The notes under the pieces are model-generated. The model was not told the DNA's origin. It ran no database searches and worked only from the letters and a program-made list of their open reading frames with translations. A stretch of 64,000 nucleotides of DNA from Salpingoeca rosetta (lineage: Eukaryota; Protista; Choanoflagellata). Location of the stretch: positions 1,502,872 through 1,566,871 of the forward strand of contig JAWQFM010000005.1 in the NCBI GenBank assembly GCA_033442325.1. The letters are read 5' to 3'. Below are positions 29,115 through 43,097 of this stretch, in pieces. The stretch's first letter is position 1; each line of letters begins with the position of its first letter. The position numbers were made by a program, and so were the translations under genes.

Positions 29115-30882
29115 AAAATGTACGTGAGGATGGCCGGGGGGGGTATACACAGAGCACGAAACAGAAGGGACAACAATACATCGAGGTGCTGAGGCAAAAC
29201 ACACAAACACGCACATGCACACACACGAGAACACACACACACACACATGCACGCACGCACACACATGGTGGGCGTACCCTGCCGTAGTTGTGTTGGTGCT
29301 TCGCCTTGCCCTCGCCGTCCGAGGCAGACAAGTCTGCGTCGTGCTCGACATGGCGGTCGTTCTCGTACTGCGTCCGCTTGTCCGGATCCTGCGCATCAGC
29401 GTCGCCCTCGTCCTCAACGCGCGTAATGTCAAGCAGCGCTACAACGTCGTGCGGACGTTTGTGGTTGCGGTTGCGTTTGCGTGTGTGTAATTGTGAGCCG
29501 TGTCGTGGGAGACAGTGGTGGGGGCACAAGTGCACAAACACACACATGTAGCACAGCACGCTCGCAGGCATACCGCGAGATTGGACGCCTGGGGTGGCCT
29601 GCGAGCTCTTGAGGTTGCTCATGATGGTGCCAATAATCTGATCAATGTCCTGCTTCGAGTTGAAGTTCTCTGCATTACCCGGTCTGCGTGTCGAGTGGCA
29701 AAACAGCATAAGAGCACAACAACGTGGTGGTACTGATACAGGAGTGTACACAGCGAAAGGTGACACTCGACACGTTCTCGATTTCCAAACACCCCCACCC
29801 CCACCCCCACACCCCACACACGGCAAGGTTGCAGCTCGTTCGCCCTCGACTTTCCCTCTCACTTCCGCGTTTTCGTGCGTACGTGATGTGAAGGCGGAAG
29901 TCTGGGCCAAAGTACTCGTAGTAGTCATTGAAAGGCAGCTCGTCGGAGATCTCGGTGCCCAGGGCAACGGACGTCTCGTATGTCCAGCAGCGGGCCACGT
30001 TGCGGATGGTGTATCCACCGCCACCAAGCAGCAGCAGCGGCTTGTTGTACGACTTCATGTGTTCCACGCACTTGGCATGGCCTAGGTTGCGGGGGCGAGG
30101 GTAGTTGTAGTGGTGGGTTGATGACGCAGGCGACACGTATGAGTGTTGTTGCAGTTTCAGACGGACACACACACACACACACACACACACACCCATGACG
30201 CACTCGTCCATGCCAAGACCCCCCCCTCCTCTTCGTGTGTCTCACCCTTGAGGGAGAGGTTGAAGCAGCCAAGACGGTCGCCGGCGAGCGAGTCAGCGCC
30301 GCACTGCAGCACAACAGCGCCCGGGTCGTAAAACTGCATGATGTGGTCCATGACGGGCTTGAAGATGAGCTCGTAGCACTCATCGTTCATGCCGTCCTTC
30401 AGCGGGACATTCACCGCATAGTTCTTGCCCTCGCCGTGGCCAATATCCTGCGCAATGCCAGCAGTGGGAGCAGTAGCACATGGTGTCAATGTGGTATTAG
30501 GGGCAGGCGGTGAGGGCACGCAGGTGACAGGAGGAGGAGGAGGAGGAGGAGGAGGAGGAGGAGGAGGAGGAGGAGGAGGAGGAGGAGGATAAATGTCTCG
30601 CACAGGCTTAGAGGACACGTGTATGCACGTGTATGCACGCGCAAAAACACGTGCAGTGGGCAAGGCAAGGCAAAAAAGCACGAAGTGTCACGACAGTCCA
30701 GCACACATTTGGAATTGGGAGGACTCACGCCAATGTCGCCTGTGCCCGGAAAGTATTCGCCAAACTTGTGGAAGGAGACGGTCATGACGCGGTTTGTGCA
30801 GTAAAACGCCTCCTCTACGCCGTCACCGTGGTGGATGTCAATGTCCACATACAGCACGCGCTGGTGCCGCCTGTACACGAAA

Positions 30883-30916
<34 letters not shown>

Positions 30917-33000
30917 ACATGAGCAGATGCAGGGCGTACGTCAATGAGCACACAGCTGGAGCATACGTCGTTGAGCGTGGGCGTGTGAATGCGTGTACGT
31001 GCGTGTGTGCTGCAAAACATGTGCGCGTGTGAACGCGGTGGTGCTCGAGTGAGTGGCGTGGAGTCAACTGACTTGAGGAGCTCGAGGATGCCGAGGACAA
31101 TGTCGTTGACGTAGCAGAAGCCTGATGCCTCGCTCTTCTTGGCGTGGTGCAGGCCGCCAGCCCAGTTGATGGCAATGTCGCACTGCTTGCTGTTGAGCTT
31201 CGCAGCGCCAGCTGAACCGATACAAGCGCGCATGCGGGCATGAACCTTTGGCGGTGAGCGCGTGTCAGCACGTGTGCTTCGTGGTGTCTTGTGTGATGGT
31301 TACCACGTAGTTGTCCATTCTCCGTGCACAGAGAAAGTGACACAACATAGGAACACAGGAGGGAGAGGGAAGAACGAAAAACATGTATGGTGGGTGCAAG
31401 TGGCCTGGGCTGTGATGAACAACAACAACAACAACAACAGCAACAACAACAACAACAACAACAACAGCAACAACAACAACAACAACAACAAAAAAAAAAA
31501 AACCCTCGCAGCTGGAAAGCAGCTGCAGATGCACAGCATGGCAACACACCGAGAGAGCCGCCGGCAGAGAGCTGGCAAAACTCGTAGAGGCCATCAAAGA
31601 CGGGGCAGTCGTCGCCGACGTTGACTGCATTGTATGGGGAGATGTGGCGCAATCACAAGCATTCGCAAGAGCACGCAAGGGCGAGTGTGAGTGCGGTTGA
31701 TGTGGGATACGACGTATGTGTCAAATGAGGAGTCAAATGATGAGTCGACACACAGCGGGTGATAAAGTCAGTTGGGTGCGCGCAAAGGCACTTACGCACA
31801 GGCACGGACACACAGACACACAGATAACACACACACACATGTACACACACAGATGAACACAGATAACACGCACACACGCACGCACACACGCACGCACACA
31901 CACACACACAGAGATACACAGACAAACACGAACACGAACACAGAAGCGCATGTGCTCACTTACAGCGCGCCGAGTCTGGTGGGGAGGCCTCCAGCTTGTC
32001 TGGGTCCATGTCGCGGATGAACGACACGTACTCGTCAGAGTGGTACTTGGTCATGTCCTCAAAGGTGGCGCGGTGTGGGCGCTGTCGATCAACGGCAATG
32101 ACACAGGCCACAACAGCTCAATCATGAGGTCACAGGCGACAGAGAGCAGAGAAAGGGGAACACAGCAACGAGGAGTTCAACGAACCAACCAACACCAGAA
32201 CAAAGAGCCTGCACGTGCGACATGTTGTCGACACAGGTGCTGCGAGTGCAGCAGTGCGACAGCGTGGCAGCCCAACAACGAACAGACAGACGACACCAAA
32301 CGTACGTAGACTTCCATCTTCTTGTACAGGCCATAGTTGAGGATGAGGTTGTGCGCCATGCGAATGCGGTGCGGCTTCATGGGATGGCTTCAAGGTGCAG
32401 AGCAACATCACAAAGAAAAGACAGCAGCACAGATGGGACGAATGTGAGCGAGTAAGAAAACAAAAAGGTGAACAATGGCAACTTGACCATACATGGCGAC
32501 AAGGCCAACAAAGGGGTAAGTGCGAACGGCAGGCACGCCAGTACACCGCTTTCACGCATCAGTGTGCCCATCTTGAACCGCAAAACTTACCCTGGGCCAT
32601 AGTAGTAGTTGCCGACATCGACTGCAGAGGTTAACACGGATCAAGGAAGGAAACAACAGAAGGAAGGCGTCATGTCAACGTTGCGTGAGATGCATGAGCA
32701 CAAGGAGAAAGAAGAAGGCAAATAACGGGGGAGGGATTGATGGGTGGGGGTAGGGTGGAACATGTTGGCCAGGAGAGAGAGCAAATGAGCTTGCGCAGGG
32801 GTGACAGGGCGTGCATGTGTTCATGATCATGCACAAGCAAGAATGATACTTGTAGGTGACAGGTGCAGACGCATGCACAGGAGCTCACACAGATACAGGC
32901 AAAACCAGCACAGGAAACACACAATCACAGGAAACACAATCACAGGCACACACAACGTACAGTCGTAGTAGTAGGCGACACGTGTGCGCCTGGAAGCCAT
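27901..33000 (-). CDS. HDAC1: Class I histone deacetylase (HDAC1/2, Rpd3-like); about 13 exons
   Basis: [147 protein letters not shown]. Confidence 0.97.
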
Positions 33001-33475
33001 TGTTGATGTGTGTGAACCCAAAGAGGAGGAGGTGAGCCGAGCTGGTGCGAGCGAGGAAGGGAAGAAACGCTTGCTTGCCCGTTGCACTGTCGTGTGTGTT
33101 GAGAATGTTCGCGCGCCTCGCTCCACTGCACTGCGCTGGCTGGAAAATTTGACCATATGTTCACTTGATAATCGCCCTTGTCCTAAAAAGATGATAAGCG
33201 CCTACAAATAGGATGATATTCAATAACAACCACAACAGCAACGACAAACAACACCAACAGCAAAACGAGCTGTGTGCCATGGCACTGCAGCAAGACTGAG
33301 AAGGAGCAAGGACATACACACGCACACACGCACACACGCACGCAGGCACACAGGCACGCACACACACACACACGCGTACCGCACACGCGTACCGCACACG
33401 CGTACCGCACACACGCACAGGCATACACACATACACACGCACACACATACACACATACACACGCACATACACACA

Positions 33476-33848
33476 ATGGAGTTGGATGTGGCACAGCGAA
33501 AGGCGCTGGGGGAAGGCGAGGTGGTGTGCTTAACGGCCAAGGACTTGGAGAACAAGCAGCCGCACAAGCGAATCACGTCCGCCCAAGCACAAACGTGAGT
33601 CTAGCGGGTCAGCAAATGTATTTTTTTTTTTGGGTTGGAACAGCGTTGGTGTGCACAGGCGCAACAAACCAGGTTGTGGAAAGCAAACGAAGCGACTCGA
33701 CTCACGTTTGTGTGCATGTGCTGACCGCGTTCACTCCGTGCGCCTTTCTGTTGTGTCATTTCTCAGGCGGGCGCGTGTGATTGCCAGCGTTGTGGACACC
33801 ATAGGCGAAGCTTCATCTCGAGTGCGTTGGCATATATCCGTTTGCTTG

Positions 33849-33917
<69 letters not shown>

Positions 33918-34842
33918 ACAAAACATGGTTGGCCAGAGCCTACATAGTACTGTTCGTTAGCGACAACGGCCATGCGTTTGCCTTGTCACTGCCATGCCAC
34001 TCGCTGCTATGGCGTATCGATATGCGACTATGTATATGTGTACAGCTGTCATGTACACGAAGAGTCTAACCAGGGCAGGATAAAAGCAAGTAACGCGAGA
34101 CAGCAAGCAAGACAGCAAGTCCAGCTCATCAGCAAGCAAGGAGATGTAACATAACGACATCATGGATGCTGCCAGCTTGTCCTTGTCATCACGTGTCACT
34201 TGCTGCTTCACACCCCCTCTTCGAGTATCAGGGCTACTGTCGTCAGCCCCGGAACTCAAACGCGGCAGCCACCACAGGCGCCTCGTTCAGCACAGTATGG
34301 CCCCAAGGACGCCGGGCACAAACAGCGCGTCCCCTTCCTTTTGCTCGCACGTCTTCATAACTTGCCTGCNNNNNNNNNNNNNNNNNNNNNNNNNNNNNNN
34401 NNNNNNNNNNNNNNNNNNNNNNNNNNNNNNNNNNNNNNNNNNNNNNNNNNNNNNNNNNNNNNNNNNNNNNNNNNNNNNNNNNNNNNNNNNNNNNNNNNNN
34501 NNNNNNNNNNNNNNNNNNNNNNNNNNNNNNNNNNNNNNNNNNNNNNNNNNNNNNNNNNNNNNNNNNNNNNNNNNNNNNNNNNNNNNNNNNNNNNNNNNNN
34601 NNNNNNNNNNNNNNNNNNNNNNNNNNNNNNNNNNNNNNNNAAAACAAAAAGGGGGAGAGGGGGGACCCTTTTGCGTTTTTGAATTTTAAATGCAAGAGAT
34701 TTTGTTAGAGTCACAGAGCATATCGCAAAAAAAATTTTTGAAGCCGTTCTCAAAGTGCCCAAGCCAAGTTTGGGCACGTGTGTGTATTTGTGCAGTGTGT
34801 ATTTGTAAGGTATGTGTGTGCGTGTGTGCTCTCTTCCGTGCG

Positions 34843-34891
<49 letters not shown>

Positions 34892-35168
34892 CGTTTGTGT
34901 GCGTGTGTGTGTGCGTATCTGTGTGTGCTTGCTTTCGTGGGGTTGTGTGTGAAATGCGTGGTAAAAGCGCGTGATGCTTTGCCATTCTCCATCTGCGCCA
35001 TGCTCCGTTGACCAGGCTGAGGGCGGAGATCCAACGAAGATGGCGTACGACCGCCCCTCCCCAAAGTTCATTGCGTTCCTCGCAAAGCACTTTGGTCTCA
35101 GGCAGTTTACACCCCAGGTTCGCACGACGAAAATATTGCAGCGCCATGGCTGTTTTGCTTTTGTTGTG

Positions 35169-35206
<38 letters not shown>

Positions 35207-35209
35207 GTG

Positions 35210-35281
<72 letters not shown>

Positions 35282-36747
35282 CGTTCGTGAGTTCGTGCGT
35301 TCGTGCGCTCTTGTGTGTGTGTGTGTGTGTGTGCGTGCGTGCGTGTGTGTATGTGTGTGTGTGTTTTGTTTGCTGCGTGTGATTTGTTGTGGTGGCGTTT
35401 GAGCGTTGTCTTTACTCGCGCGTAGAACCCAAGTGTTCCTCACCACCCCACTGCACAACCATTACAGGTGAACAACTTTGTCATTTTCCACGAGGCCTTC
35501 ACACCGTCGCGCATGCAATCAGCAGTGCACCGGCCAAGCGTACGTGTTGACACCGCGGCCACCCTGCACTCTTCTTCCTGTTTTCTTCGCCGCCACTACG
35601 GCCGGCCGCCACTGTGCTGCGGTTCTCCTCACCCTCCACACACACACACACACACACATACATACATACACACACACATACATACACACACATACATACA
35701 TACACACACATACATACACACACACGCACGCACGCACACACATACACACACGTGCATGGTGCATCGTGTTGATAGGCAGGTGGACTGACAGATGAGGACT
35801 TTGCGCTTTCGCACGACAGTCACACATCCCCTCCATCTTCATCATCCCCACCATTCTCCTCATCGTCGTCGTCTCTTGTCCCATCTGCCCGACACCGCAA
35901 CAACAGCCAGCACCCACACCAACGTGAGCTTGTCCACAGCAACAACAGCCACATCATGAACAACAACAACAACAACAACAACAACAGAAGCAGCAGCGGC
36001 ATTGGTCGCAGGGACGGCGCAATTGCGCGCAGCAACGGATATGACACACACCGCGCAGGGTATTCCATGCCCAACGGCTATAGCAACAGGAGCACCAACA
36101 GTCGATACGGCGACAGCGCCACGAGTAGTCGCCTGTCAAGCGCTGTTGCGCTGCCGTCGCATCTACCCCGCAATCCAGGCGTGGACACCGGGGCCATGAG
36201 CGGGGGCGCACCGGACCGCGTGTCCACCGCAGACAGCGATGACAGCTGGGTGGTGGGCAGTGCACATGCGAGAACGAGGGCGTCGGCGCGCGCCCGCCGC
36301 GACTTCCGGAGGCACCCGCTCAACGGCATTGGTGTCGGTGTTGGTGCTGGTGTTGGTGTTGGGTCTGCTGGCTCCTCACGTCTTGGCAGTGGAAGCCGCG
36401 CATCGTCCAGATACGCGCACGGGCGGTCGTCGGCGCGTACAGCTTCAACGCCAGCGACGGCAGCGGTTGGCGGGGCTGTGACACCGGCCGCCACCATGCC
36501 CACACCTACTGCAAAGCTGTACCACCATCACCATCACCGAACGCAGAGTCATCGTGACCGTGCACCTGCCGCCGCTGCACACACGAACATGGCACCCGCG
36601 CCAGCAATGCACGCTGTTGGCATTGCGCTTGCAGCACGACCACCCTCTATACAGCAGCAGGGGACGGTGATGGGTCGAAGTCTGGTGCAGAACCGCGCCA
36701 CGCAGCGCATTGGCAGACACGGCGTTCGCTTCCAATCACGGCGGTGA
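33476..36747 (+). CDS. ATAT1: Alpha-tubulin N-acetyltransferase (ATAT1/MEC-17), interrupted by an assembly gap, with a long disordered C-terminus
   Basis: Exon 33767-33821 [18 protein letters not shown]. Exon ~35017-35117 [27 protein letters not shown]. Exon 35468-35539 [12 protein letters not shown] garbled acetyl-CoA-binding exon lies at ~34650-34754. The last exon is 35776-36747. Confidence 0.9.
34370..34640. other. Assembly gap (271 N) inside the ATAT1 gene
   Basis: Run of N. Confidence 1.
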
Positions 36748-37339
36748 CTGGTGGTGTGCCGCGTGCGATGTGTGATGTGTGTGCGTGTGTGCGGGCATGT
36801 TTTTGATATGAAACCTCATCAGCTGTGTCGTGGATAGTGGATGTTGTGTGTGTGTGTTGGAAGGGGCTGGCTGGCTGGCCTCTCGCCGTTGAACAGCACC
36901 TTGTCTATCGTGTTACTTTACGATTGCCTTTGACGCGTATGCTCCTCATTTCTATTCTTGACCGTGAGATCAGTTGATTCCATGGGACAACGTCCTCTGT
37001 GTGCGTGTGTGTGCGTGTGCGTGTCTAAATCTCTCGCTGTTTGTCTCTGTCTCTCTGTCATTCCCTCTCTGTCTGTCCCTCTCTTCGTCTTCGCCGTCAA
37101 CTCGCTGGTTGTGCTGGTACGATCAACAATACAACGATGACAGCGCTGCAACTTTGATAAGCACGTGTGCGTGCGTGTGAAGCAAACACAACTTGTTGTT
37201 GTGGTGGGTGTGCGCCTTGCTCGACGATTGTTGGAAATCATTGGAGAATCTTCACAACTCAATGACGCGACACAACAACAACAACAACAACAACAACAAC
37301 ACCCCCCTCGTCACCTCCAACAACAGCAACACAGCCAGG

Positions 37340-38742
37340 ATGCTCCAAAGAGTTGGCGTGGTTGCGCTGTGCGCCATTGTGCTGGCGACAGCACAGACTG
37401 GTGGGTCAGACGGAGCTTATGGGAGGTTGAGCCGTGCAATATCAGCACCACTCGCAGCACACCCAACCATTGCAACAGCAACAGCACACGCAACACAGCA
37501 TCTGCAAAGCCTCTTCACTCTCGCCCTCACTCACTCACTCACTCACTCACTCACTCACTCACACATACACAGGCGTGCAAGCTGCTCCAACACCGACGAC
37601 ATCGAGCCCATGCACTCCCTCATCATGCATCATCGAATGGCAAACAAACGGCGACGGCGTCACTCAGTACCAGGTATGCACGCGCGACTGCTCACATGTG
37701 TGCGTTCGTATGTGCGCGTGCGTATACTCACATGCCATGCGCGTTTTGAGTGTGCGTGCGTCCATGTCTGTGTGTATGTATGTCTGTGTGTCTGTGACCC
37801 TTGGCGCTGGCTGTGGATGCTTGTGGCACGTGCTTCGGCTCTGCTGGCTTTGACCAAACGGCAGCCCCTCAATCCACACCGTGGAGGACTCACGAAACAC
37901 CACTACACGCCTTCCTTCTCGCCCTGGGTTGTCAACGTGCTGCACGCAGCTCATGCTGCAGGACGACAGCGGGACCTTCCAGGGAGTGGGGTCCCCGAGC
38001 ACAGACTCTTTCATCCGCATCGACCCACTCATGTCGCTTGCAGGGTGCACAAACCTCACCGCCCGCATTGAGATCACACTCAACTCGGATTCGGAACAAG
38101 GGAACGTGACCATCATCCCAGTGGAGGCCACAGGTACCGTGCCCCTGCGCCCGTATCTGCGTCTGTGTTTTGTCTGTACCTGTGTTTGCCCTCGCGTATC
38201 TGCGATGGTACTTGCTTGCATGCCCTCAATGTCGCCTTTGCTGCGTGCTGTTGCTGCAACTAGGACCGCCTCCATCACCCGAGCCGCCTGTTGTCAGTGT
38301 GGTATGTACATGCACGCCATTTGCACCTGTAATGATGCCGTCATGCAGTGCACGCTGGCGCGGTGGCCCTTGTCATTGATTTTCTCACGTCACACACACA
38401 TACACACATTCACACACACACACACACACATTTTCACACATTCACACACACACACGCACACACCACGCATTCACAACTGCGTCAACCTTGCAATGCAGCT
38501 GAGCTCGGACCGCATCAACGTGTCGTTTTCGCTGACGGGCCTCCAGTCCACATCGCATTGGGTGCACACGTACGCGCTCACGCTCAAGGTCCGCTGTTCT
38601 GCTGCACCGTGGGTGCGGTGGCTGTGGCTGTGGTTGTGGCTGTGGCTGTCATGTTTGCATTGGCTCGCACAGCGTGCACACGTGACACTTTCAGATTTGA
38701 TGTGATTAAATACCGCACACATACATACGCACACACACACAC

Positions 38743-38791
<49 letters not shown>

Positions 38792-39659
38792 GCGTGTGCA
38801 GAAGCGAGATTCCACGGGAGCGGGGATGACGGTGACGTTCACGCCATCGTATCCACCGGCAGCGGACAGCATCGCATATGCGCACGTGTTCACGTCGCTG
38901 GAGGAGAACACCATGTATGATGTGAGTACACACACCCACGCACACACACATACACACACACACATACACACATACACACACACACACACAAACCACACAC
39001 TAAACTGTGCGTGTGCGTGTGCAGGCGAGTGTGCGGGCGGTGAGCTGTGCCGGAACAGCGACGAGCGCCATTGTTTCGCGACGAACGAGCAAGAAGATTG
39101 TCATCGACGGTCTGTTTTTTTTTTTTTTTGTGTGTGTGTGTGTACGTTAGCTTGCTTGTTTGTTTGTTTGTGTGTGTGTGTTAGCTTGTTTGTTTGTCCA
39201 CACGGTCGGCGTTGGTGTGGCGTTGACACGGCCTGTGCAAGTCGCGTGTTGTGAGCTCACCACCTGCGGCTCCATCGTTCCTTTGCCATTGCTCGCTGCA
39301 GGAAACGCGAACGACGTCGTGTACGTGTACGCCAAGTTCAATATCACAGGTCTGCAGTTGTTGACATGCTGGGTGTCATTGGATGGATTGTTCTGTTTGT
39401 TGATCGTGTCGCTTTATGCAGTGGCTAATAGGCTCCTCGACTTGACTCACACAACTAGATCGCGCAATCAACCTCTCCCCTTTTCCCTGTCTGTCGTTCT
39501 GTCCGCCTGCCTCGGCCCCACACACCCTACACGCCTGCTCACACACACACACACACTCACACACACGCTCTCTCTCTCACTCACACACACTCACACACAC
39601 GCTCTCTCTCACTCACTCACACACACACACACACTCACACACACGCTCTCTCTCACTCA

Positions 39660-39720
<61 letters not shown>

Positions 39721-40594
39721 CACGCGCCACGCGCCATACCAGATGAGCGGAGTGTGCTGACTGTGCGCGGGTTCGACTTTGACATCTTCTATGCAGCGCT
39801 GAGCGTGACCCTTGAGACGCAACTTCCAGCAGGCGCCTCCCTGCCAAGGTGTGCCATCAGTGTGCGTGCGTATGTGTTTGTGCGTGTTTCTGAGCGCTTG
39901 TGAATGTTTGTGAATGTTTGCGAGTGTGCGGGTGTGTGCGTCTGTGTGTGTATTGTCTGCCTGTCTATGCGCCTCTCATGATGAGCTATGTGCATGCGTA
40001 TGCGTGCACTGACGTGCGCTTGTGCCGTGTGGATGTATACACAGGTCTGCGCTTGGAACAGTCTCGCTGACGTCTGTGGAGAAGACACATCTTGTGCTGC
40101 ACACGCAGATCAACACAACGGAGGAATACAGAGACGCAGTTCTCGTGAGTCCAACATTCGTGTTCCTTGCTCTGGAATGTGCATGCGTATAACTTGTGCT
40201 TGTGTTGGTGTTACGATGCATCTGTCCCTCCTAACCCTTGCTTTGCCTTTCTGCACACGCTCACATGTGTACACATGTGCGTGCGTGTGCGTGCGTGTCT
40301 GCGTGTGTGCTTATCAATGCAGAGTGCGCTTCCGACCATCACAACGCCGCCGTGCTTGTCGTCGTTTACGCAGAAGCTGTCGGTACGGCCCCACACGTGA
40401 TAAACTAGAAGCAAGCACACACACATGCACGTGTACATGTGCATACACGCACAGACACACACACACACTCAACACACATGCACACACTTACTTACACGTT
40501 CATGCACGCATGCACTTGAGTGATCGCTGTTCCCCCCCTCACAACACCTCAACTCACCTCAATGATGCTGAACGCAACCCCGCCGCCCTCCCTT

Positions 40595-40669
<75 letters not shown>

Positions 40670-41336
40670 TGTGCAGGATTTTTCTTCCGAATATTCGCAC
40701 TTTTGTGTCGTTCTTGCGTCATCATCTGCAAGCAGCGAGGACCTGACCGCAAGTGCGATGCCTCTTTGCAGTGCTGCTTTGTTCATGACACACCAACACA
40801 CATACACATACACACACATACACACACATACACACACATACACACATACGCAACCCGTTCCCTTACTCGCTCCATCGTAGAACATACACGCACGCGCACT
40901 CTTCTCATTTTCTCACTCACTTTCTCGTACACACATATAATCACACACCTCCCCTCCCCTCCCCCCTCTGCCTGTGCAGCGGAGCCGCCGTCGTCGACAT
41001 CGTCGAGCAGCGAGGACTGGAAGATGCCCGTCATCATCGCCGGCGCAGCACTCGGAGGTCCTGCTCCCGTTCGTGTGCTGTTGTGCTGCTGTGCTGTTGG
41101 CCTAATTGCAGTCAATTTTCACACCACAAGCAACTCACTTACCAGTGCATTCACGCTTCTTCCCCCTTCTCCTCCCTGCCCACACCCTCGCTCCCTCATT
41201 TGTCCCAGGCGTGCTGCTGATTGGCGTCGCCGTGTATCTGGTGGTGCAGATTGTGCGCAATCACCGCCAGGAGAAACAGGAGCGCGAATCCCGTGTGGAC
41301 CTGGGACTTGAGCTCAGCCACGCCACCCTCTACTAA
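37340..41336 (+). CDS. Type I single-pass membrane protein with a signal peptide and a probable fibronectin type III domain; multi-exon
   Basis: Signal-like MLQRVGVVALCAIVLATAQTG. FN3-like HVFTSLEENTMYD/ASVRAVSCAG. TM VIIAGAALGG/VLLIGVAVYLVVQIV. Short tail ending SHATLY*. Confidence 0.7.
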
Positions 41337-41365
41337 TCGACACAGCCCACCGCAACGGCAATCGA

Positions 41366-41508
<143 letters not shown>

Positions 41509-42051
41509 AGCCTGCGTCCACAGCCATGACGACCAACAGCTGCCCTCTCGCTCGCTGCTGCCGATGTTGTTCCATCTTCCAATTCTTCTCTCCATTGACT
41601 GTGTGGTTCGATGCGTATTATGACTGACCCCCACGCCTCTATCTTCCCTCTCGTTTGTTCCCTTGTTTGCTCGCTCGCCTTTTATGACTCGCCCCTGCTG
41701 TGCTTCCGTTGTTTTTGTGTTCGCGTGCGTGCATCCACCCCTGCGTGTCTTTGTTTGCCGTAAACCTTTTGTTCAATGACGACAATGATAGTTTAGTCTT
41801 GGAGTGTGCATGGCCTGTGGTTGTTCACACAACGGTGTGTGTATGTGTGTCATGTGTATCTGCTTGTGTGTTTATGTTTGTGTGTCATGTGAATATGTTT
41901 GTGTACACATGTGTATATGTGTGTGTTCACGTCTGTGCGCGCGTCTGTGACTGCTAGCCACAAACCGGCAGCATGGGAATGCGACGTTGTAGGCTGTTAC
42001 TTTGTCTCTGGACGACGACCACACATGGTGCTGTGTTGCTCCTGGTCAGTG

Positions 42052-42468
42052 CTATTTGCTCACGACAGGTTTTCCACACATGTCGCAGCCAACCTCGCGC
42101 GAGTGACGGCGCGAACGCAACCTGCAGGGTGCACAACATAGGGGAGGGTATGGGTGGTGGCGGTGTCATGGGTGAAGGGGGGGGGGTGACGTGCGCACAA
42201 ATACAAAGAAAGGTGCATGTGATGAAGGGGCGAGAGCAACACTGTGACATGGTGATGAAGGTGGACGCAGCTGGATAGATGAGTACATACACACGCGCAC
42301 ACAAGCATATGGTGACGGACCACATGATGATGTTTGTGCGATGACCGTAGCGGACGGGGAGAGCGCGGTGCCACCCGCGGCCGCGATGAATCACTGCCCA
42401 TCCGCACCGGTGGCGCCACGTGACCGGGGTGTCACGAGGGGCAGCGCTGGCAGTGGTGGGCGTGAGGG

Positions 42469-42552
<84 letters not shown>

Positions 42553-43041
42553 TGCCGTGAGTGAGACGAAGTGCGCATGCGAGGCAGGAGACGATTGCAC
42601 CACAACACAAGCACACACACACACACACATACAAACACACACACACACACACAACTACAAACACACCGACTGTCGCCAAAGAACTGGAGATCGCCGCCCT
42701 CAAAGAGACTGGTGATGCAGATGTTGAAGGTGATGAGCGAGTGGTCGTAGTGAAGGCTCAGGTCTGTGTCCGCCTTCTCCCCATACTCGACAGTGAAGCA
42801 CCTGCAGGCTCGCGTGTATTTGGAATGGTGTGTTGATGTGTGTCAGTGTCAGTATGCGGGCGTGCGCGTGTGAGTCGACACGTGCGTTGCACTGCATGCA
42901 GGCACGCGTAAGGGAGAGCAGGCCACACGCGCACTCACTTGTGGTGATCAAGCGTGGCGAACTCAGCGCCATACAACGCCTGGCGCGCAGTGTTGGTTCC
43001 CAGAAGTGCACATGCATAGCAAGGCAGACGTGAGTTTTGAT

Positions 43042-43097
<56 letters not shown>

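Noticed and set aside
33920-34369. Non-repetitive sequence inside the ATAT1 locus before the gap, as a possible mobile element
   Set aside because: No terminal repeats or transposase motifs and no ATAT1 similarity. It could be intron or a misjoin; unresolved.
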